Source: Cellvibrio sp.
GTDB taxonomy: Bacteria; Pseudomonadota; Gammaproteobacteria; Pseudomonadales; Cellvibrionaceae
Direction: 5' to 3'
Length of the DNA: 35,250 bases
Assembly (NCBI GenBank): GCA_035389145.1
Contig: DAOORH010000001.1
Coordinates: 1 to 35,250 of the forward strand
Shown here: positions 1 to 10,828 of the stretch, piece after piece
How positions within the stretch are numbered: the stretch's first letter is position 1
Layout of the letters: each line of letters opens with the position of its first letter
Program-made: the position numbers and the translations under genes
Notes under the pieces: model-generated
The model's input: the letters and a program-made list of their open reading frames with translations, nothing else
Database searches by the model: none
Told to the model about the DNA's origin: nothing

Positions 1-18
1 GTGACTGGTTTTGTTCAA
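1..18 (-). CDS. Probable 5' end of the next gene, likely triosephosphate isomerase; runs off the window edge
   Basis: The minus strand reads GGAGG (31-27), 8 nt, then TTG AAC AAA ACC AGT CAC (MNKTSH). tpiA usually follows glmM in gammaproteobacteria. Only 6 codons are visible, so the identity rests on synteny alone. Confidence 0.35.
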
Positions 19-223
19 CAGCAATACCTCCCCCAAAGCGGGCGCTCATGGTAGCTAAGATGAATTGAACATACAACCAAATCTTGGTTTAGACCCTGAT
101 TTTTCTGGTCTTTTTGTCAGTTTTCGGGCTATAGCTTGACCAAAAAATGGCAACTTATAACCCGAAAACTTAAGCCTGAGCAGTTTTTAAACAAACCTCA
201 GAGCGAGATCTATCGCTTAGTGA

Positions 224-1561
224 TTAACTCAACGCCAGCTCAACGGTTTTGGCGAGTTCTTGCGCCAGCTCTTTTACTTGCCTCTTATCTTCACCTTCTA
301 CCATAACACGCACAACAGGTTCAGTGCCCGATGGACGCAAGAGCACGCGACCAGTACCAGCCAACTTTTCTTCCGTTGCTTTCACTGCCGCCTGTACAGT
401 TTGATCCGTACTTAAATCTACTCGCTTGGCCATATGAACATTAATCATGACCTGCGGCATTTTGTTCATGCCTTTTTTGATTTTATAGAGCGACTCACCA
501 AAGGTCGTAATCGCCAATAAAACCTGCAGCGCGGAAATAATGCCATCGCCTGTAGTGGTTACGTTGCTGCAAACGATATGACCGGAGTTTTCACCGCCCA
601 AACGCCAACCGTTTTGACGCATCATTTCAATGACATAACGATCGCCCACTTTAGCGCGCGCGAAAGGTACACCGATTTTTTTTAAACCCAGCTCAAAACC
701 GAAGTTACTCATGAGAGTACCCACAACACCATCGCAACCACCGGCATATTCCTGCTGGTATTTGGCAATGATATAGAGGAGCTCGTCACCATCGACAATT
801 TCACCCTTGTGGTCCACAAACACTACGCGATCGCCATCACCATCAAAGGCAATACCCAAATCCGCACCTACTTCGATGACTTTTTCTTGCAGCGCTTCTG
901 GCTTGGTTGAGCCGCAGCTGCGGTTGATGTTGGTGCCGTTTGGCTCAACAAACATGGGGATAATTTTTGCGCCCAACTCGCTGAATACGTCTGGTGCTAT
1001 GTTGTAAGTTGCACCGTGGGCGCAGTCCAACACAATTTGCAGACCTTTGAGGTTAAAGCCCCAGGGCATGGTGCCCTTACAGAATTCAATATAGCGACCG
1101 GAAGCATCGCCAATACGACGCGCTTTGCCCAGCTTCTCCGCCGTCACCATGGGCTTCTCTAATTCTTCTTCGATCAAGCGCTCTAACTCATCAGGCAATT
1201 TAGTACCGCTGCCGCCGAAAAATTTAATGCCGTTATCGACGTAACTATTATGTGAAGCACTAATGACGATACCCGCTTGCGCTTGGAAGGTACGGGTTAA
1301 ATAGGCAACGCCGGGGGTTGGCATTGGGCCGAGCAGACCAACATCTACACCCGCGTTAATCAAGCCTGCCTGTAAGGCTGATTCAAACATATAACCGGAG
1401 ATGCGCGTGTCTTTACCGATCAAAATCAGATTGGAACCGTCAAAGCGATCCATCAATACACGGCCAGCCGCCCAGCCAAGTTTGAGCATAAAATCTGGTG
1501 TAATTGGCGCTTCACCCACCAAACCACGAATACCATCTGTACCAAAATATTTACGCGACAT
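224..1561 (-). CDS. glmM: Phosphoglucosamine mutase
   Basis: N-terminal [11 protein letters not shown], phosphoserine motif VISASHN, metal loop AFDGDGDR, C-terminal RPSGTEP; downstream of folP. Confidence 0.98.
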   Translation of the reverse strand: MSRKYFGTDGIRGLVGEAPITPDFMLKLGWAAGRVLMDRFDGSNLILIGKDTRISGYMFESALQAGLINAGVDVGLLGPMPTPGVAYLTRTFQAQAGIVISASHNSYVDNGIKFFGGSGTKLPDELERLIEEELEKPMVTAEKLGKARRIGDASGRYIEFCKGTMPWGFNLKGLQIVLDCAHGATYNIAPDVFSELGAKIIPMFVEPNGTNINRSCGSTKPEALQEKVIEVGADLGIAFDGDGDRVVFVDHKGEIVDGDELLYIIAKYQQEYAGGCDGVVGTLMSNFGFELGLKKIGVPFARAKVGDRYVIEMMRQNGWRLGGENSGHIVCSNVTTTGDGIISALQVLLAITTFGESLYKIKKGMNKMPQVMINVHMAKRVDLSTDQTVQAAVKATEEKLAGTGRVLLRPSGTEPVVRVMVEGEDKRQVKELAQELAKTVELALS

Positions 1562-1619
1562 TGATCCTTACTCCACTCTCTAACGCTGACCGTTAGGTTA
1601 ATAAATTAGGTTGAATTTT

Positions 1620-2480
1620 TTACGGTGCTATTTTTACGGCGATATTTTTTACAGCATTGTAGACAGACAGAACATCCTTAGTTGCCGCTACATCATGCAC
1701 TCGAATAATGGCTGCTCCACGTTCGGCTGCAGCTAAGGCCAGCGCCAAACTACCGGGTAAGCGCTCATCGACACCGCGATTGAGCAATTGCCCCAACAGT
1801 GATTTGCGCGATAAACCTACCAAAATGGGAGCATCCAAGACAGTCAGTTCTGGCAGGCGCGCCAAGAGGGCGAGATTATGCGCGAGAGTCTTGCCAAAGC
1901 CAAACCCCGGATCTATTAAAATGCGCTCATTTGTGATGCCTGCCGCGTTGCAAGCAGCCATTCTCTCTCGCAAAAACGTCAGCACTTCTGCAACCACATC
2001 GTGGTATTGCGGAGCTTGTTGCATGGTTTGCGGTTGACCTTGCATATGCATCAAACAAATCGGCAAGCCTGTTTCAGCCGCAGCAGCCAAGGCGCCATCG
2101 CGCATCAGCGCGCGTACATCATTAATAATGCCTGCGCCTTTTTGAGCCGATTCGCGAATCACACTCGCAGTGCTGGTATCCACCGAAACCAATGCACCCA
2201 GCTTTTCAACGAGGGCCTCAACGACTGGAATAACTCGATCTAACTCTTCCTGCTCTGAAACAATTGCGGCACCTGGGCGAGTGGATTCACCGCCCACATC
2301 CAAAATATCGGCACCCTCCGCAAACATTTGTTCAGCGCGTTTGAGCACCAAATCAAGTGATAAATGGCCGGCTTGATGGTAGCTGCCGCCGTCTGAAAAA
2401 GAATCGGGAGTGATATTGAGAATCCCCATAATCTTTGGCGTCGAAAGATCCAGCCTATGGGTGCCGCATTCTAGGAACAT
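1620..2480 (-). CDS. folP: Dihydropteroate synthase
   Basis: IMGILNITPDSFSDGG, DVGGESTRPG, IDPGFGFGK, GLSRKS and IIRVHDV motifs. Start moved to the ATG at 2480 (MFLECG) because the longer ORF start at 2543 lies inside the terminator hairpin. Confidence 0.97.
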   Translation of the reverse strand: MFLECGTHRLDLSTPKIMGILNITPDSFSDGGSYHQAGHLSLDLVLKRAEQMFAEGADILDVGGESTRPGAAIVSEQEELDRVIPVVEALVEKLGALVSVDTSTASVIRESAQKGAGIINDVRALMRDGALAAAAETGLPICLMHMQGQPQTMQQAPQYHDVVAEVLTFLRERMAACNAAGITNERILIDPGFGFGKTLAHNLALLARLPELTVLDAPILVGLSRKSLLGQLLNRGVDERLPGSLALALAAAERGAAIIRVHDVAATKDVLSVYNAVKNIAVKIAP

Positions 2481-2523
2481 ATAAAACCTACTTAACTCTG
2501 TGGTATTTAATAAAGATAGGGAT

Positions 2524-2557
2524 AAAAAAATAACCCCGAGCAAGCTCGGGGTTATTT
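2524..2557 (-). terminator. Intrinsic terminator after ftsH and the small ORF
   Basis: Inverted repeat AAATAACCCCGAGC (2528-2541) / GCTCGGGGTTATTT (2544-2557), running into a T7 tract on the minus strand. Confidence 0.85.
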
Positions 2558-2577
2558 AGGTTAAGCATTCACATTGT

Positions 2578-2754
2578 TCACTTAGGCCAATAAGGCTTGA
2601 TCTTAAACAGCCCAATCCAAAAACAAGCTTCTAATATTACGCCTAACACAAGGGCCGCAACGAAACCCACTCTGAACCCAATGATATAACAAAGAATGCA
2701 GCCAGCCATTAAAAACGACAGAACCAACCATTTAAACTTTTTGCTGAATTCCAT
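2578..2754 (-). CDS. Small membrane protein, 58 aa, two predicted TM helices; not in the ORF track
   Basis: Manual translation: MEFSKKFKWLVLSFLMAGCILCYIIGFRVGFVAALVLGVILEACFWIGLFKIKPYWPK*. It starts 23 nt after the ftsH stop and ends just before the terminator. Two hydrophobic runs with Lys-rich ends; weak GAGA RBS. Confidence 0.7.
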   Translation of the reverse strand: MEFSKKFKWLVLSFLMAGCILCYIIGFRVGFVAALVLGVILEACFWIGLFKIKPYWPK

Positions 2755-2777
2755 CACTACAGTCTCAATGTTTAACG

Positions 2778-4682
2778 TTAATGCGTATTTGCTGGGCCAC
2801 CAATCGGATCACTTGGCTTTTCGCCAGCATCTTTGCTTTTTAGATGGCTATTGAAATCATCGTCGTTCCATTCGCGCGGCGGGCGCACTTTACGACGCGC
2901 CATTAAATCCGCCACTTGATCGGAATCGATGGTCTCATACTCCATCAACGCATTTTTCATGGTTTCCAAAATATCGCGGTTATCTTCCAGAATTTTGGTC
3001 GCACGCTCGTAACATTCCGTGATGATCCGACGAACTTCTTCATCAATTTGGCGAGAGGTTTCTCCAGAATATTGCTGAGTTGCCATGCCCGGATAAGCAC
3101 CCTCTTCCTCACCATAGTGCAATGGGCCCAATTTTGCGGACAAGCCCCACTTGGTTACCATGCTGCGCGCCATGCTAGTTGCGCGTTCGATATCGTTTGA
3201 TGCACCGGTAGTAACACCATCCACACCCAGCGTCATTTCTTCGGCGATACGGCCACCAAACAAGGTGCACAAACGCGACTCAAGCGAGCGCTTGCTCCAG
3301 CTGTATTTATCTTCTTCTGGTAGATATTGGGTAACACCCAAGGCACCGCCACGAGGAATAATGGTTACTTTATGCACAGGATCATGCTCTGGCACCAAGC
3401 AGCCGATAATCGCGTGGCCAGCTTCATGGTAAGCCGTGTTTTCTTTTTCTTTCTCGCTCATCACCATTGATTTGCGCTCAGCGCCCATCATGATTTTGTC
3501 GCGCGCCTTTTCGAAATCTTCCATAGTCACCAAACGCTTGTTGCCACGAGCAGCCATCAAAGCAGCTTCGTTTACAAGGTTGGCCAACTCAGCTCCCGAG
3601 AATCCGGGTGTACCGCGAGCAATAACAGAGGCGCTAACGCGCTCATCCAGCGGCACTTTGCGCATATGTACTTTCAAAATTTGCTCGCGACCGCGTATGT
3701 CCGGCAAGCCAACATACACCTGACGGTCAAAACGACCGGGGCGCAATAAGGCCTTGTCCAATACATCGGCACGGTTGGTAGCAGCAATAATAATTACGCC
3801 GTCGTTGCCTTCAAAGCCGTCCATCTCTACCAATAATTGGTTTAGGGTTTGCTCGCGCTCATCGTGACCACCGCCATGACCACCGCCACGGTGACGGCCT
3901 ACAGCATCAATCTCATCGATAAAGATAATGCACGGTGCTTGTTTTTTTGCTTGCTCGAACATATCGCGCACGCGGCTCGCACCAACTCCCACAAACATTT
4001 CTACGAAGTCAGAACCAGAGATTGAAAAGAATGGCACCTTGGCTTCACCGGCAATCGCCTTAGCAAGCAGGGTTTTACCGGTACCGGGTGGGCCAACCAT
4101 TAATACGCCGCGCGGAATCATGCCGCCCAAACGCTGGAATTTAGAGGGGTCGCGCAGGAACTGTACAAGTTCTTGTACTTCTTCTTTGGCTTCATCCACA
4201 CCGGCTACATCGGCAAAGGTGGTTTTAATTTGGTCTTCACCTAAGAGGCGCGCCTTGCTTTTACCAAAGCTCATAGGGCCACCTTTACCGCCGCCACCGC
4301 CTTGCATTTGGCGCATAAAGAACCAGAATACCGCCAAGATAATCAAGACTGGCGCGATTGAAAGCAGCAGCTGATAGAGGAAGCCGGGCTTATCGAGTTC
4401 GCGACCTTCGAAGTTCACATTGTGATTGTAGAGATCATCAATCAGCTTATCGTCACGCACCAAGGGGCGAATGGTTCTGAATTTACGATTATCGTTTAGA
4501 ACCCCTTCAACGCTATCGGGGTAAATAGAAACGTCTTTGACACGATTCTCTTTTACCGCGGTAATAAATTCGGAGTAAGCGATGGTGTCATCACTAGCAG
4601 GCTTACCGAAGCTTTGGAACACACTGATTACGACGACTAAAATAACAAGCCAAATCAGGAGGTTCTTGGTGATATCGTTCAA
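2778..4682 (-). CDS. ftsH: ATP-dependent zinc metalloprotease FtsH
   Basis: Two N-terminal TM segments, Walker A GPPGTGKT, Walker [12 protein letters not shown] motif [24 protein letters not shown] zinc motif. TTG start with GAGGA RBS. Confidence 0.99.
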   Translation of the reverse strand: MNDITKNLLIWLVILVVVISVFQSFGKPASDDTIAYSEFITAVKENRVKDVSIYPDSVEGVLNDNRKFRTIRPLVRDDKLIDDLYNHNVNFEGRELDKPGFLYQLLLSIAPVLIILAVFWFFMRQMQGGGGGKGGPMSFGKSKARLLGEDQIKTTFADVAGVDEAKEEVQELVQFLRDPSKFQRLGGMIPRGVLMVGPPGTGKTLLAKAIAGEAKVPFFSISGSDFVEMFVGVGASRVRDMFEQAKKQAPCIIFIDEIDAVGRHRGGGHGGGHDEREQTLNQLLVEMDGFEGNDGVIIIAATNRADVLDKALLRPGRFDRQVYVGLPDIRGREQILKVHMRKVPLDERVSASVIARGTPGFSGAELANLVNEAALMAARGNKRLVTMEDFEKARDKIMMGAERKSMVMSEKEKENTAYHEAGHAIIGCLVPEHDPVHKVTIIPRGGALGVTQYLPEEDKYSWSKRSLESRLCTLFGGRIAEEMTLGVDGVTTGASNDIERATSMARSMVTKWGLSAKLGPLHYGEEEGAYPGMATQQYSGETSRQIDEEVRRIITECYERATKILEDNRDILETMKNALMEYETIDSDQVADLMARRKVRPPREWNDDDFNSHLKSKDAGEKPSDPIGGPANTH

Positions 4683-4751
4683 GGAGAGGTCCTCATAAAA
4701 ACATAAAACAGCGTGAAAAATCTAAAATACGGACTTAGGTACAGCTCTATA

Positions 4752-4778
4752 ATTGGGGAGTGAATAGTGAATTACAAG
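4752..4778 (-). promoter_or_regulatory. Putative sigma32 (RpoH) promoter for ftsH
   Basis: The minus strand reads CTTGTA-N14-CCCCAAT, close to the RpoH consensus CTTGAA-N13-15-CCCCATnT, about 70 nt upstream of the ftsH start. The rlmE-ftsH operon is a known sigma32 target in E. coli. Confidence 0.65.
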
Positions 4779-4973
4779 CCCCGCGTGTTAAGTCTACACA
4801 TTTGTCATTTAACTCTCGTTCTTTGACACTTGTTCTTTAACTCTAGCAGTGAATAGGCAGGATGAAATAAATCACCTCCTTAAGACAGATTAACGCTAGA
4901 GATACTTAGTGGGCTACAATAGCAGCCATCTCTTTAATCTCATTCTTTAATATCCCATTCTCAGGTAAGTTTT

Positions 4974-5276
4974 ATGCCCATCAGCGCCGACCGCAAAAAA
5001 TCATTTCGTACCATTGGCCACAAGCTCAACCCTATAGTTACTATCGCCGGCAATGGCTTGAGCGAAGGTGTATTGCTTGAGCTAAACCGCGCCCTCGACG
5101 ATCACGAATTGATCAAAGTTAAGCTGGGCCTTGCTGATCGCGATGAGCGTAAAGCTTTGGTCGCTGAAATTATCGCACTGCCTAATGTTGAACTGATTCA
5201 AGAGATTGGCAAAGTAGTTATTCTTTATCGCGCCAATAAAAAAGCAAATCCAAAGCTTTCTAATTTGCACAGATAA
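4974..5276 (+). CDS. yhbY: YhbY family CRM-domain RNA-binding protein
   Basis: GHKLNPIVTIAGNGL, ALDDHELIKVK and IGKVVILYR motifs; typical position between greA and ftsH. Confidence 0.93.
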   Translation: MPISADRKKSFRTIGHKLNPIVTIAGNGLSEGVLLELNRALDDHELIKVKLGLADRDERKALVAEIIALPNVELIQEIGKVVILYRANKKANPKLSNLHR

Positions 5277-5289
5277 CAGTCAGCATTAG

Positions 5290-5327
5290 AAACAAGAAAG
5301 CCGCCAAATTTGGCGGCTTTCTTGTTT
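5290..5327. terminator. Bidirectional terminator between convergent yhbY and greA
   Basis: Perfect 38-bp palindrome AAACAAGAAAGCCGCCAAA/TTTGGCGGCTTTCTTGTTT with a T-rich tail on both strands. Confidence 0.88.
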
Positions 5328-5355
5328 GTGGATTGTGATGAAAGATGCTCAGCTT

Positions 5356-5835
5356 TTAAATATGTTCGACCTTATCGATCTCATATTCCACTTCGCCGCT
5401 CGGCGCTTTTACCACAACTACATCGCCTTCTTCTTTACCAATCAACGCACGGGCTATAGGCGAGTTGACGGAAATCTTGTTGGCTTTAATTTCAGCTTCG
5501 TCGTCGCCCACGATTTGATAAGTGACAGTAACGTCAGTATCCAGATTTACCATAGTAACCGTGGTACCGAAAATAACTTTCCCCGAGTGCGGGATTTTAG
5601 TGACGTCAATAATTTGCGCATTGCCAAGCTTGCCTTCAATTTCTTGAATGCGGCCTTCGCAAAAACTTTGCTGTTCGCGCGCCGCCGCATACTCGGCGTT
5701 TTCTTTCAAATCGCCGTGGGCACGCGCTTCCGCAATAGCGTTCACAATACGTGGACGCTGCACTTTCTTAAGGTCTTCTAACTCAGCCGCTAATTTTTCA
5801 GCGCCAAGAGCAGTCATTGGAAACTTAGTGCTCAT
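5356..5835 (-). CDS. greA: Transcription elongation factor GreA
   Basis: [13 protein letters not shown] and [14 protein letters not shown] motifs; follows carB. Confidence 0.98.
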   Translation of the reverse strand: MSTKFPMTALGAEKLAAELEDLKKVQRPRIVNAIAEARAHGDLKENAEYAAAREQQSFCEGRIQEIEGKLGNAQIIDVTKIPHSGKVIFGTTVTMVNLDTDVTVTYQIVGDDEAEIKANKISVNSPIARALIGKEEGDVVVVKAPSGEVEYEIDKVEHI

Positions 5836-5858
5836 TATATTTCCTTACTGAAAAATTT

Positions 5859-8800
5859 TTATTTATGGGGTCTTTTGTGCAAATCTTGCAAGCGACGAAC
5901 TTCAATATGCTCGCCCTCTTTCAAGGCCATACACACAGCTTCGGCAGCGGCCAAGGTTGTGTTGTAGTACACACGATGGTTTTCTGCACTGCGACGAATT
6001 GATGAAGAATCGCGGGTAGCTTGACGGCCTTCAACAGTATTCAGAATCAAATCAATTTCGTCATTTTTGATCATATCCACAATATGTGGGCGACCTTCTT
6101 GCACTTTATTGATGACCTGAACATTCAAGCCCGCCTTTTGTAAAATGTCAGCAGTACCACGGGTGGCAACCAATTTAAAGCCAAGCTCGGCTAAATCTTT
6201 ACCTACGCCAACGATACCTGCTTTATCCATATCACGAACACTTAAAAATGCCGTGCCTGATGTTGGAATACGGTTGTTAGCGCCCAACTGCGATTTGCCA
6301 TAGGCCTCACCGAAAGTATCACCCACGCCCATGACTTCGCCGGTTGATTTCATCTCTGGGCCAAGGATTGGATCTACTGCAGGGAATTTATTGAAGGGGA
6401 ATACCGCTTCTTTCACACTGAAGTAAGTTGGGATAATTTCTTTAGTGAAACCTTGATCAGCCAATGACATACCAGCTTGGCAGCGAGCAGCGATTTTCGC
6501 CAAAGACACACCAATACATTTGGATACGAAAGGAACAGTGCGCGATGCACGTGGGTTCACTTCGATCACATAGATTTTGCCGTCTTGATAAGCCAACTGG
6601 GTGTTCATCAAGCCGATAACGCCCAACTCAAGCGCCATGATCTTAACTTGCTCGCGCATAGCGTCTTGCACATCGGCAGGCAACGAATAAGGTGGCAATG
6701 AGCAGGCTGAGTCACCGGAGTGAACGCCACATTGTTCAATGTGCTGCATGATGCCGCCGATAACAACTTGCTTACCATCCGACACAGCATCAATATCCAC
6801 TTCAATTGCTGCATTCAAGAAGTGATCGAGCAGTACCGGAGCATCTTCAGATACTTGTACCGCAGTGCGCATATAAGTGCGCAACTCATCTTCTTTGTAG
6901 ACGATTTCCATCGCACGGCCACCCAATACATAGGATGGGCGAACTACCAATGGGTAGCCTACACGATCAGCCGCCAGCAAGGCTTCTTCCAACGAGCGCA
7001 CAATCGCGTTTGGCGGTTGCAACAGACCGAGCTTTTCAATCATTTGTTGGAAGCGTTCGCGGTCTTCGGCTTTGTCGATAGCATCTGGACTAGTACCAAT
7101 AATCGGTACACCTTCCGCTTCTAAAGCGCGCGATAATTTCAGCGGAGTTTGACCGCCGAACTGAACAATTACGCCAACAGGTTTTTCTTTTTGAACGATT
7201 TCGAGCACGTCTTCCAAGGTTACTGGTTCGAAGAACAAGCGATCTGACGTGTCGTAATCGGTAGAAACGGTTTCGGGGTTACAGTTAACCATGATGGTTT
7301 CGTAACCGTCTTCGCGCATCGCCAAAGCGGCGTGTACACAGCAGTAATCAAACTCGATGCCTTGGCCAATACGGTTTGGGCCACCGCCGATAACAAGAAT
7401 TTTTTTCTTGTCGCTCGGGTTAGCTTCACACTCTTCTTCGTACGTTGAATACATGTAAGCAGTAGAGGTTGAGAATTCTGCCGCGCAGGTATCAACGCGT
7501 TTGTAGACTGGGCGAATATTCAAACCTTGGCGATAGTGACGCACATCTTTCTCGGTCACACCGAGCAAGAGCGCCAAACGCTTATCGGAAAAACCTTTAC
7601 GCTTGTAAGCGAAGATCGCATCCGCATCTAAATTGGCGAGAGATTTACCGCGCAGCGCTTGCTCCATGTTAATTAATTCTTCGATTTGCACGAGGAACCA
7701 TGGATCAATTTTAGAAAGATTAAACGCATCTTCCACGGTCAAACCAGCGCGGAAAGCATCGCCCACGTACCAGATACGCTCGGCACCGGGAGTCGCCAAC
7801 TCTCTGCGAATTTTAGCCAGACCTTCTTCTGTGGTCACGTCCACTTTAGATTCAAAGCCAGCCGAACCTACTTCCAAACCGCGCAAGGCTTTTTGCAGTG
7901 ATTCTTGGAAAGTACGGCCAATCGCCATAACTTCGCCAACGGATTTCATTTGCGTAGTCAAACGTGCATCTGCTTCGCCGAATTTTTCAAAAGTGAAGCG
8001 CGGAACTTTGGTAACAACATAATCGATAGACGGTTCAAACGATGCTGGAGTTGCACCGCCAGTAATATCGTTTTTCAATTCGTCGAGGGTGTAACCCACA
8101 GCGAGTTTTGCTGCGATTTTTGCAATCGGGAAGCCAGTTGCTTTAGACGCGAGTGCAGATGAACGCGATACACGTGGGTTCATCTCGATCACAACCATAC
8201 GACCATCAACTGGGTTCACGGCAAATTGCACGTTAGAACCGCCAGTTTCCACGCCGATTTCACGCAATACCGCAATCGAGGCGTTACGCATGATTTGGTA
8301 TTCTTTGTCGGTCAGCGTTTGCGCTGGCGCGACAGTAATAGAGTCACCGGTGTGCACACCCATCGGGTCGAAGTTTTCGATAGAACAGACGATGATGCAG
8401 TTGTCGTTCTTGTCGCGCACAACTTCCATCTCGTACTCTTTCCAGCCGAGCAGCGATTCGTCGATGAGCAATTCGTTAGTTGGCGACAAATCAAACCCGC
8501 GCGTACAGATTTCTTCAAATTCATCCCAGTTGTAAGCGATACCGCCACCTGAACCACCCATGGTGAAAGATGGGCGAATAATGCAAGGGAAGCCAAATTC
8601 TTTCGGGGCTTCTTTCGCTTCTTCAAAGGTGTGAACAATTTTCGCGCGCGCGCATGAAAGGCCAATACGCTTCATGGCTTGGTCAAACAAATTGCGGTCT
8701 TCCGCCATGTTGATGGCTTCTTCTTTGGCGCCAATCAGCTCGACATTGTATTTTTCGAGTACGCCGTGTTTAGCCAGCGCCAAGGCGCAGTTGAGTGCAG

Positions 8801-9080
8801 TTTGGCCACCCATGGTGGGAAGAATTACATCGGGGCGTTCTTTTTCAATGATTTTTTCTACTGTTTGCCACTCGATGGGCTCGATATAAGTGGCATCCGC
8901 CATGGCCGGATCGGTCATGATGGTAGCGGGGTTTGAGTTCACCAGAATAACGCGGTAACCCTCTTCGCGCAGGGCTTTACAGGCTTGAGCGCCTGAGTAA
9001 TCGAACTCACAAGCTTGGCCAATAACGATGGGGCCTGCACCGAGAATCAAGATACTGTTTATGTCTGTACGTTTTGGCAT
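5859..9080 (-). CDS. carB: Carbamoyl-phosphate synthase large subunit
   Basis: [30 protein letters not shown] start (ATG at 9080 preferred over the ORF-track start at 9107), duplicated ATP-grasp domains, C-terminal MGS-like domain. Confidence 0.99.
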   Translation of the reverse strand: MPKRTDINSILILGAGPIVIGQACEFDYSGAQACKALREEGYRVILVNSNPATIMTDPAMADATYIEPIEWQTVEKIIEKERPDVILPTMGGQTALNCALALAKHGVLEKYNVELIGAKEEAINMAEDRNLFDQAMKRIGLSCARAKIVHTFEEAKEAPKEFGFPCIIRPSFTMGGSGGGIAYNWDEFEEICTRGFDLSPTNELLIDESLLGWKEYEMEVVRDKNDNCIIVCSIENFDPMGVHTGDSITVAPAQTLTDKEYQIMRNASIAVLREIGVETGGSNVQFAVNPVDGRMVVIEMNPRVSRSSALASKATGFPIAKIAAKLAVGYTLDELKNDITGGATPASFEPSIDYVVTKVPRFTFEKFGEADARLTTQMKSVGEVMAIGRTFQESLQKALRGLEVGSAGFESKVDVTTEEGLAKIRRELATPGAERIWYVGDAFRAGLTVEDAFNLSKIDPWFLVQIEELINMEQALRGKSLANLDADAIFAYKRKGFSDKRLALLLGVTEKDVRHYRQGLNIRPVYKRVDTCAAEFSTSTAYMYSTYEEECEANPSDKKKILVIGGGPNRIGQGIEFDYCCVHAALAMREDGYETIMVNCNPETVSTDYDTSDRLFFEPVTLEDVLEIVQKEKPVGVIVQFGGQTPLKLSRALEAEGVPIIGTSPDAIDKAEDRERFQQMIEKLGLLQPPNAIVRSLEEALLAADRVGYPLVVRPSYVLGGRAMEIVYKEDELRTYMRTAVQVSEDAPVLLDHFLNAAIEVDIDAVSDGKQVVIGGIMQHIEQCGVHSGDSACSLPPYSLPADVQDAMREQVKIMALELGVIGLMNTQLAYQDGKIYVIEVNPRASRTVPFVSKCIGVSLAKIAARCQAGMSLADQGFTKEIIPTYFSVKEAVFPFNKFPAVDPILGPEMKSTGEVMGVGDTFGEAYGKSQLGANNRIPTSGTAFLSVRDMDKAGIVGVGKDLAELGFKLVATRGTADILQKAGLNVQVINKVQEGRPHIVDMIKNDEIDLILNTVEGRQATRDSSSIRRSAENHRVYYNTTLAAAEAVCMALKEGEHIEVRRLQDLHKRPHK

Positions 9081-9133
9081 GTCTGCTCCGGTTTTTCGCC
9101 TACTCACAACCTTCCCAATAGGGAAGATCTAAG

Positions 9134-9250
9134 TCCCCCTCTTTGAAAAAGAGGGGTTAGGGGAGATTTAAAATCCCTCCCCAGCCCTCCCTTTTTCAAA
9201 GGGAGGGAGTCAATGCTCCACATCTTTGAAAAAGGCTTTGCTGGGAGAGG
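9134..9250. repeat. Cluster of three REP-like palindromic units between carA and carB
   Basis: Unit 1 (9134-9169) is TCCCCCTCTTTGAAAAAGAGGGGTTAGGGGAGATTT. Unit 2 (9171-9209) is inverted; its reverse complement is CTCCCTCCCTTTGAAAAAGGGAGGGCTGGGGAGGGATTT. Unit 3 (9216-9250) is degenerate and keeps CTTTGAAAAAG. Confidence 0.75.
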
Positions 9251-9251
9251 T

Positions 9252-10412
9252 TTAGCTCTTACGAGCCTGCATCAATTCAATAAAGTGATCAAACAAGGTA
9301 TCGGCATCGTGTGGACCGGGGCTCGCTTCAGGGTGACCTTGGAAGCTGAAAGCGGGCTTGTCGGTGCGGTGAATACCTTGCAAAGAACCATCAAACAGTG
9401 ACTTGTGAGTTGCTACCAAGTTTGCTGGCAAGCTCGACTCTTCTACCGCGAAACCGTGGTTTTGCGCGGTGATCATCACACGCTTGGTGTTCAAATCTTG
9501 TACGGGATGGTTGCCGCCGTGGTGACCGAACTTCATCTTTAAGGTTTTAGCACCTGAGGCCAAGGCCAAAAGCTGGTGGCCCAAGCAAATACCAAAAACC
9601 GGAATATCGGTTTCAAGGAAAGACTTGATGGCTTCGATAGCGTAGGTGCATGGCTCTGGATCGCCAGGGCCGTTCGATAGGAAAATACCATCGGGATTCA
9701 TCGCCAAGACTTCAGCGGCGGTGGTTTTCGCAGGCACTACAATCAGATCGCAATCGCGGTCGGCAAGCATGCGCAAAATGTTGCGTTTAACGCCGTAATC
9801 GTAGGCAACAACTTTGAATTTTTTGGCGCCGGTCAATACTTTATGACCTTCGCCCAATTGCCAGCTGCTTTCGTTCCATGCGTAAGATTCGGCAGTGGTA
9901 ACTTCTTTGGCGAGATCCAAACCTTTCAGACCACCGAAGGCTTTGGCTGCTGCGAGAGCTTTGGCTTCGTCTATTTCACCGGCGACGATGGCACCGTTTT
10001 GAGCGCCTTTGTCACGCAGAATACGAGTTAAGCGGCGAGTATCTATATCAGCGATACCGACTACATTGCGCTCTTTCAAGTAGCTGGAAAGGTCTTGCTC
10101 ATTGCGGAAGTTGCTGGCAATTAAAGGCAAATCGCGAATCACTAGGCCGGATGCCCAAATGCGGTCGCATTCTGCATCTTCACTGGTAGTGCCGGTGTTG
10201 CCGATATGGGGATAAGTAAGGGTGACGATCTGTTGTGCATAGGAAGGATCTGTGAGGATTTCCTGATAGCCGGTCATGGCGGTATTAAACACCACCTCAC
10301 CTACAGATAAGCCTTCTGCACCAATAGAAGTGCCGCGAAAAACGCTACCGTCTGCAAGTACGAGTAGTGCTGGTCTCTTCGTGAGAGCGGGTTGAGAGTC
10401 CCGAGTATTCAA
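9252..10412 (-). CDS. carA: Carbamoyl-phosphate synthase small subunit
   Basis: [23 protein letters not shown], catalytic GICLGHQ and [11 protein letters not shown] motifs. TTG start with AGGAGG RBS. Confidence 0.99.
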   Translation of the reverse strand: MNTRDSQPALTKRPALLVLADGSVFRGTSIGAEGLSVGEVVFNTAMTGYQEILTDPSYAQQIVTLTYPHIGNTGTTSEDAECDRIWASGLVIRDLPLIASNFRNEQDLSSYLKERNVVGIADIDTRRLTRILRDKGAQNGAIVAGEIDEAKALAAAKAFGGLKGLDLAKEVTTAESYAWNESSWQLGEGHKVLTGAKKFKVVAYDYGVKRNILRMLADRDCDLIVVPAKTTAAEVLAMNPDGIFLSNGPGDPEPCTYAIEAIKSFLETDIPVFGICLGHQLLALASGAKTLKMKFGHHGGNHPVQDLNTKRVMITAQNHGFAVEESSLPANLVATHKSLFDGSLQGIHRTDKPAFSFQGHPEASPGPHDADTLFDHFIELMQARKS

Positions 10413-10633
10413 GTAAACCTCCTGGGTTTGGCAGTGGTTTTAAAGCTAAAGCTGGTGCGCAATTCAACAAAGTTCACTTTCTTCAGGCTCAAAAAGACAG
10501 TCGCACAGGCAAAGGCGCGAAAATCGAGTTGAGTTACAGGGCTAAAGTGAGTTTGCTTGGTTGCAGGTTGTAAAAAAGCGAGATGAAACTGAATTCCATC
10601 TCGCTTCTGTACAATTTGTTCGTGGGCTATCAC
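10409..10633 (-). CDS. Possible carA leader ORF (74 aa) crossing the attenuator hairpin
   Basis: The ORF reads through the terminator (FHLAFLQPA) and its TGA overlaps the carA TTG as TTGA. There is no clear RBS at its GTG. Confidence 0.35.
   Translation of the reverse strand: MIAHEQIVQKRDGIQFHLAFLQPATKQTHFSPVTQLDFRAFACATVFLSLKKVNFVELRTSFSFKTTAKPRRFT
10572..10606 (-). terminator. Attenuator-like terminator in the carA 5' leader
   Basis: The minus strand reads AAGCGAGATGGAA-TTCAG-TTTCATCTCGCTT followed by TTTT. It lies between the predicted promoter and carA. Confidence 0.8.
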
Positions 10634-10713
10634 TACGAACTACAATATCTATTCAGTAGGAGCCAATATTTACCTCAACCAAGCGCGGCAGTGCCGAGCG
10701 CAATTAACCGCGA

Positions 10714-10742
10714 ATTGTACGGGGTTAGGGCTAAAGTGTCCA
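10714..10742 (-). promoter_or_regulatory. Putative sigma70 promoter of carAB-greA
   Basis: The minus strand reads TGGACA-N17-TACAAT, followed by a GC-rich discriminator (TCGCGG). Confidence 0.7.
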
Positions 10743-10828
10743 TTGGAAATTCCCGTTTAACACTATTAATTAGCGCGCGACGCAAGGTAAAAAAGCTAGC
10801 GCAAAGGGATCTGATGCCCGGAAGGCGC

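Noticed and set aside
9134-9250. carA-carB repeats as a mini CRISPR array
   Set aside because: The units alternate in orientation, have almost no spacers, and no cas genes are present.
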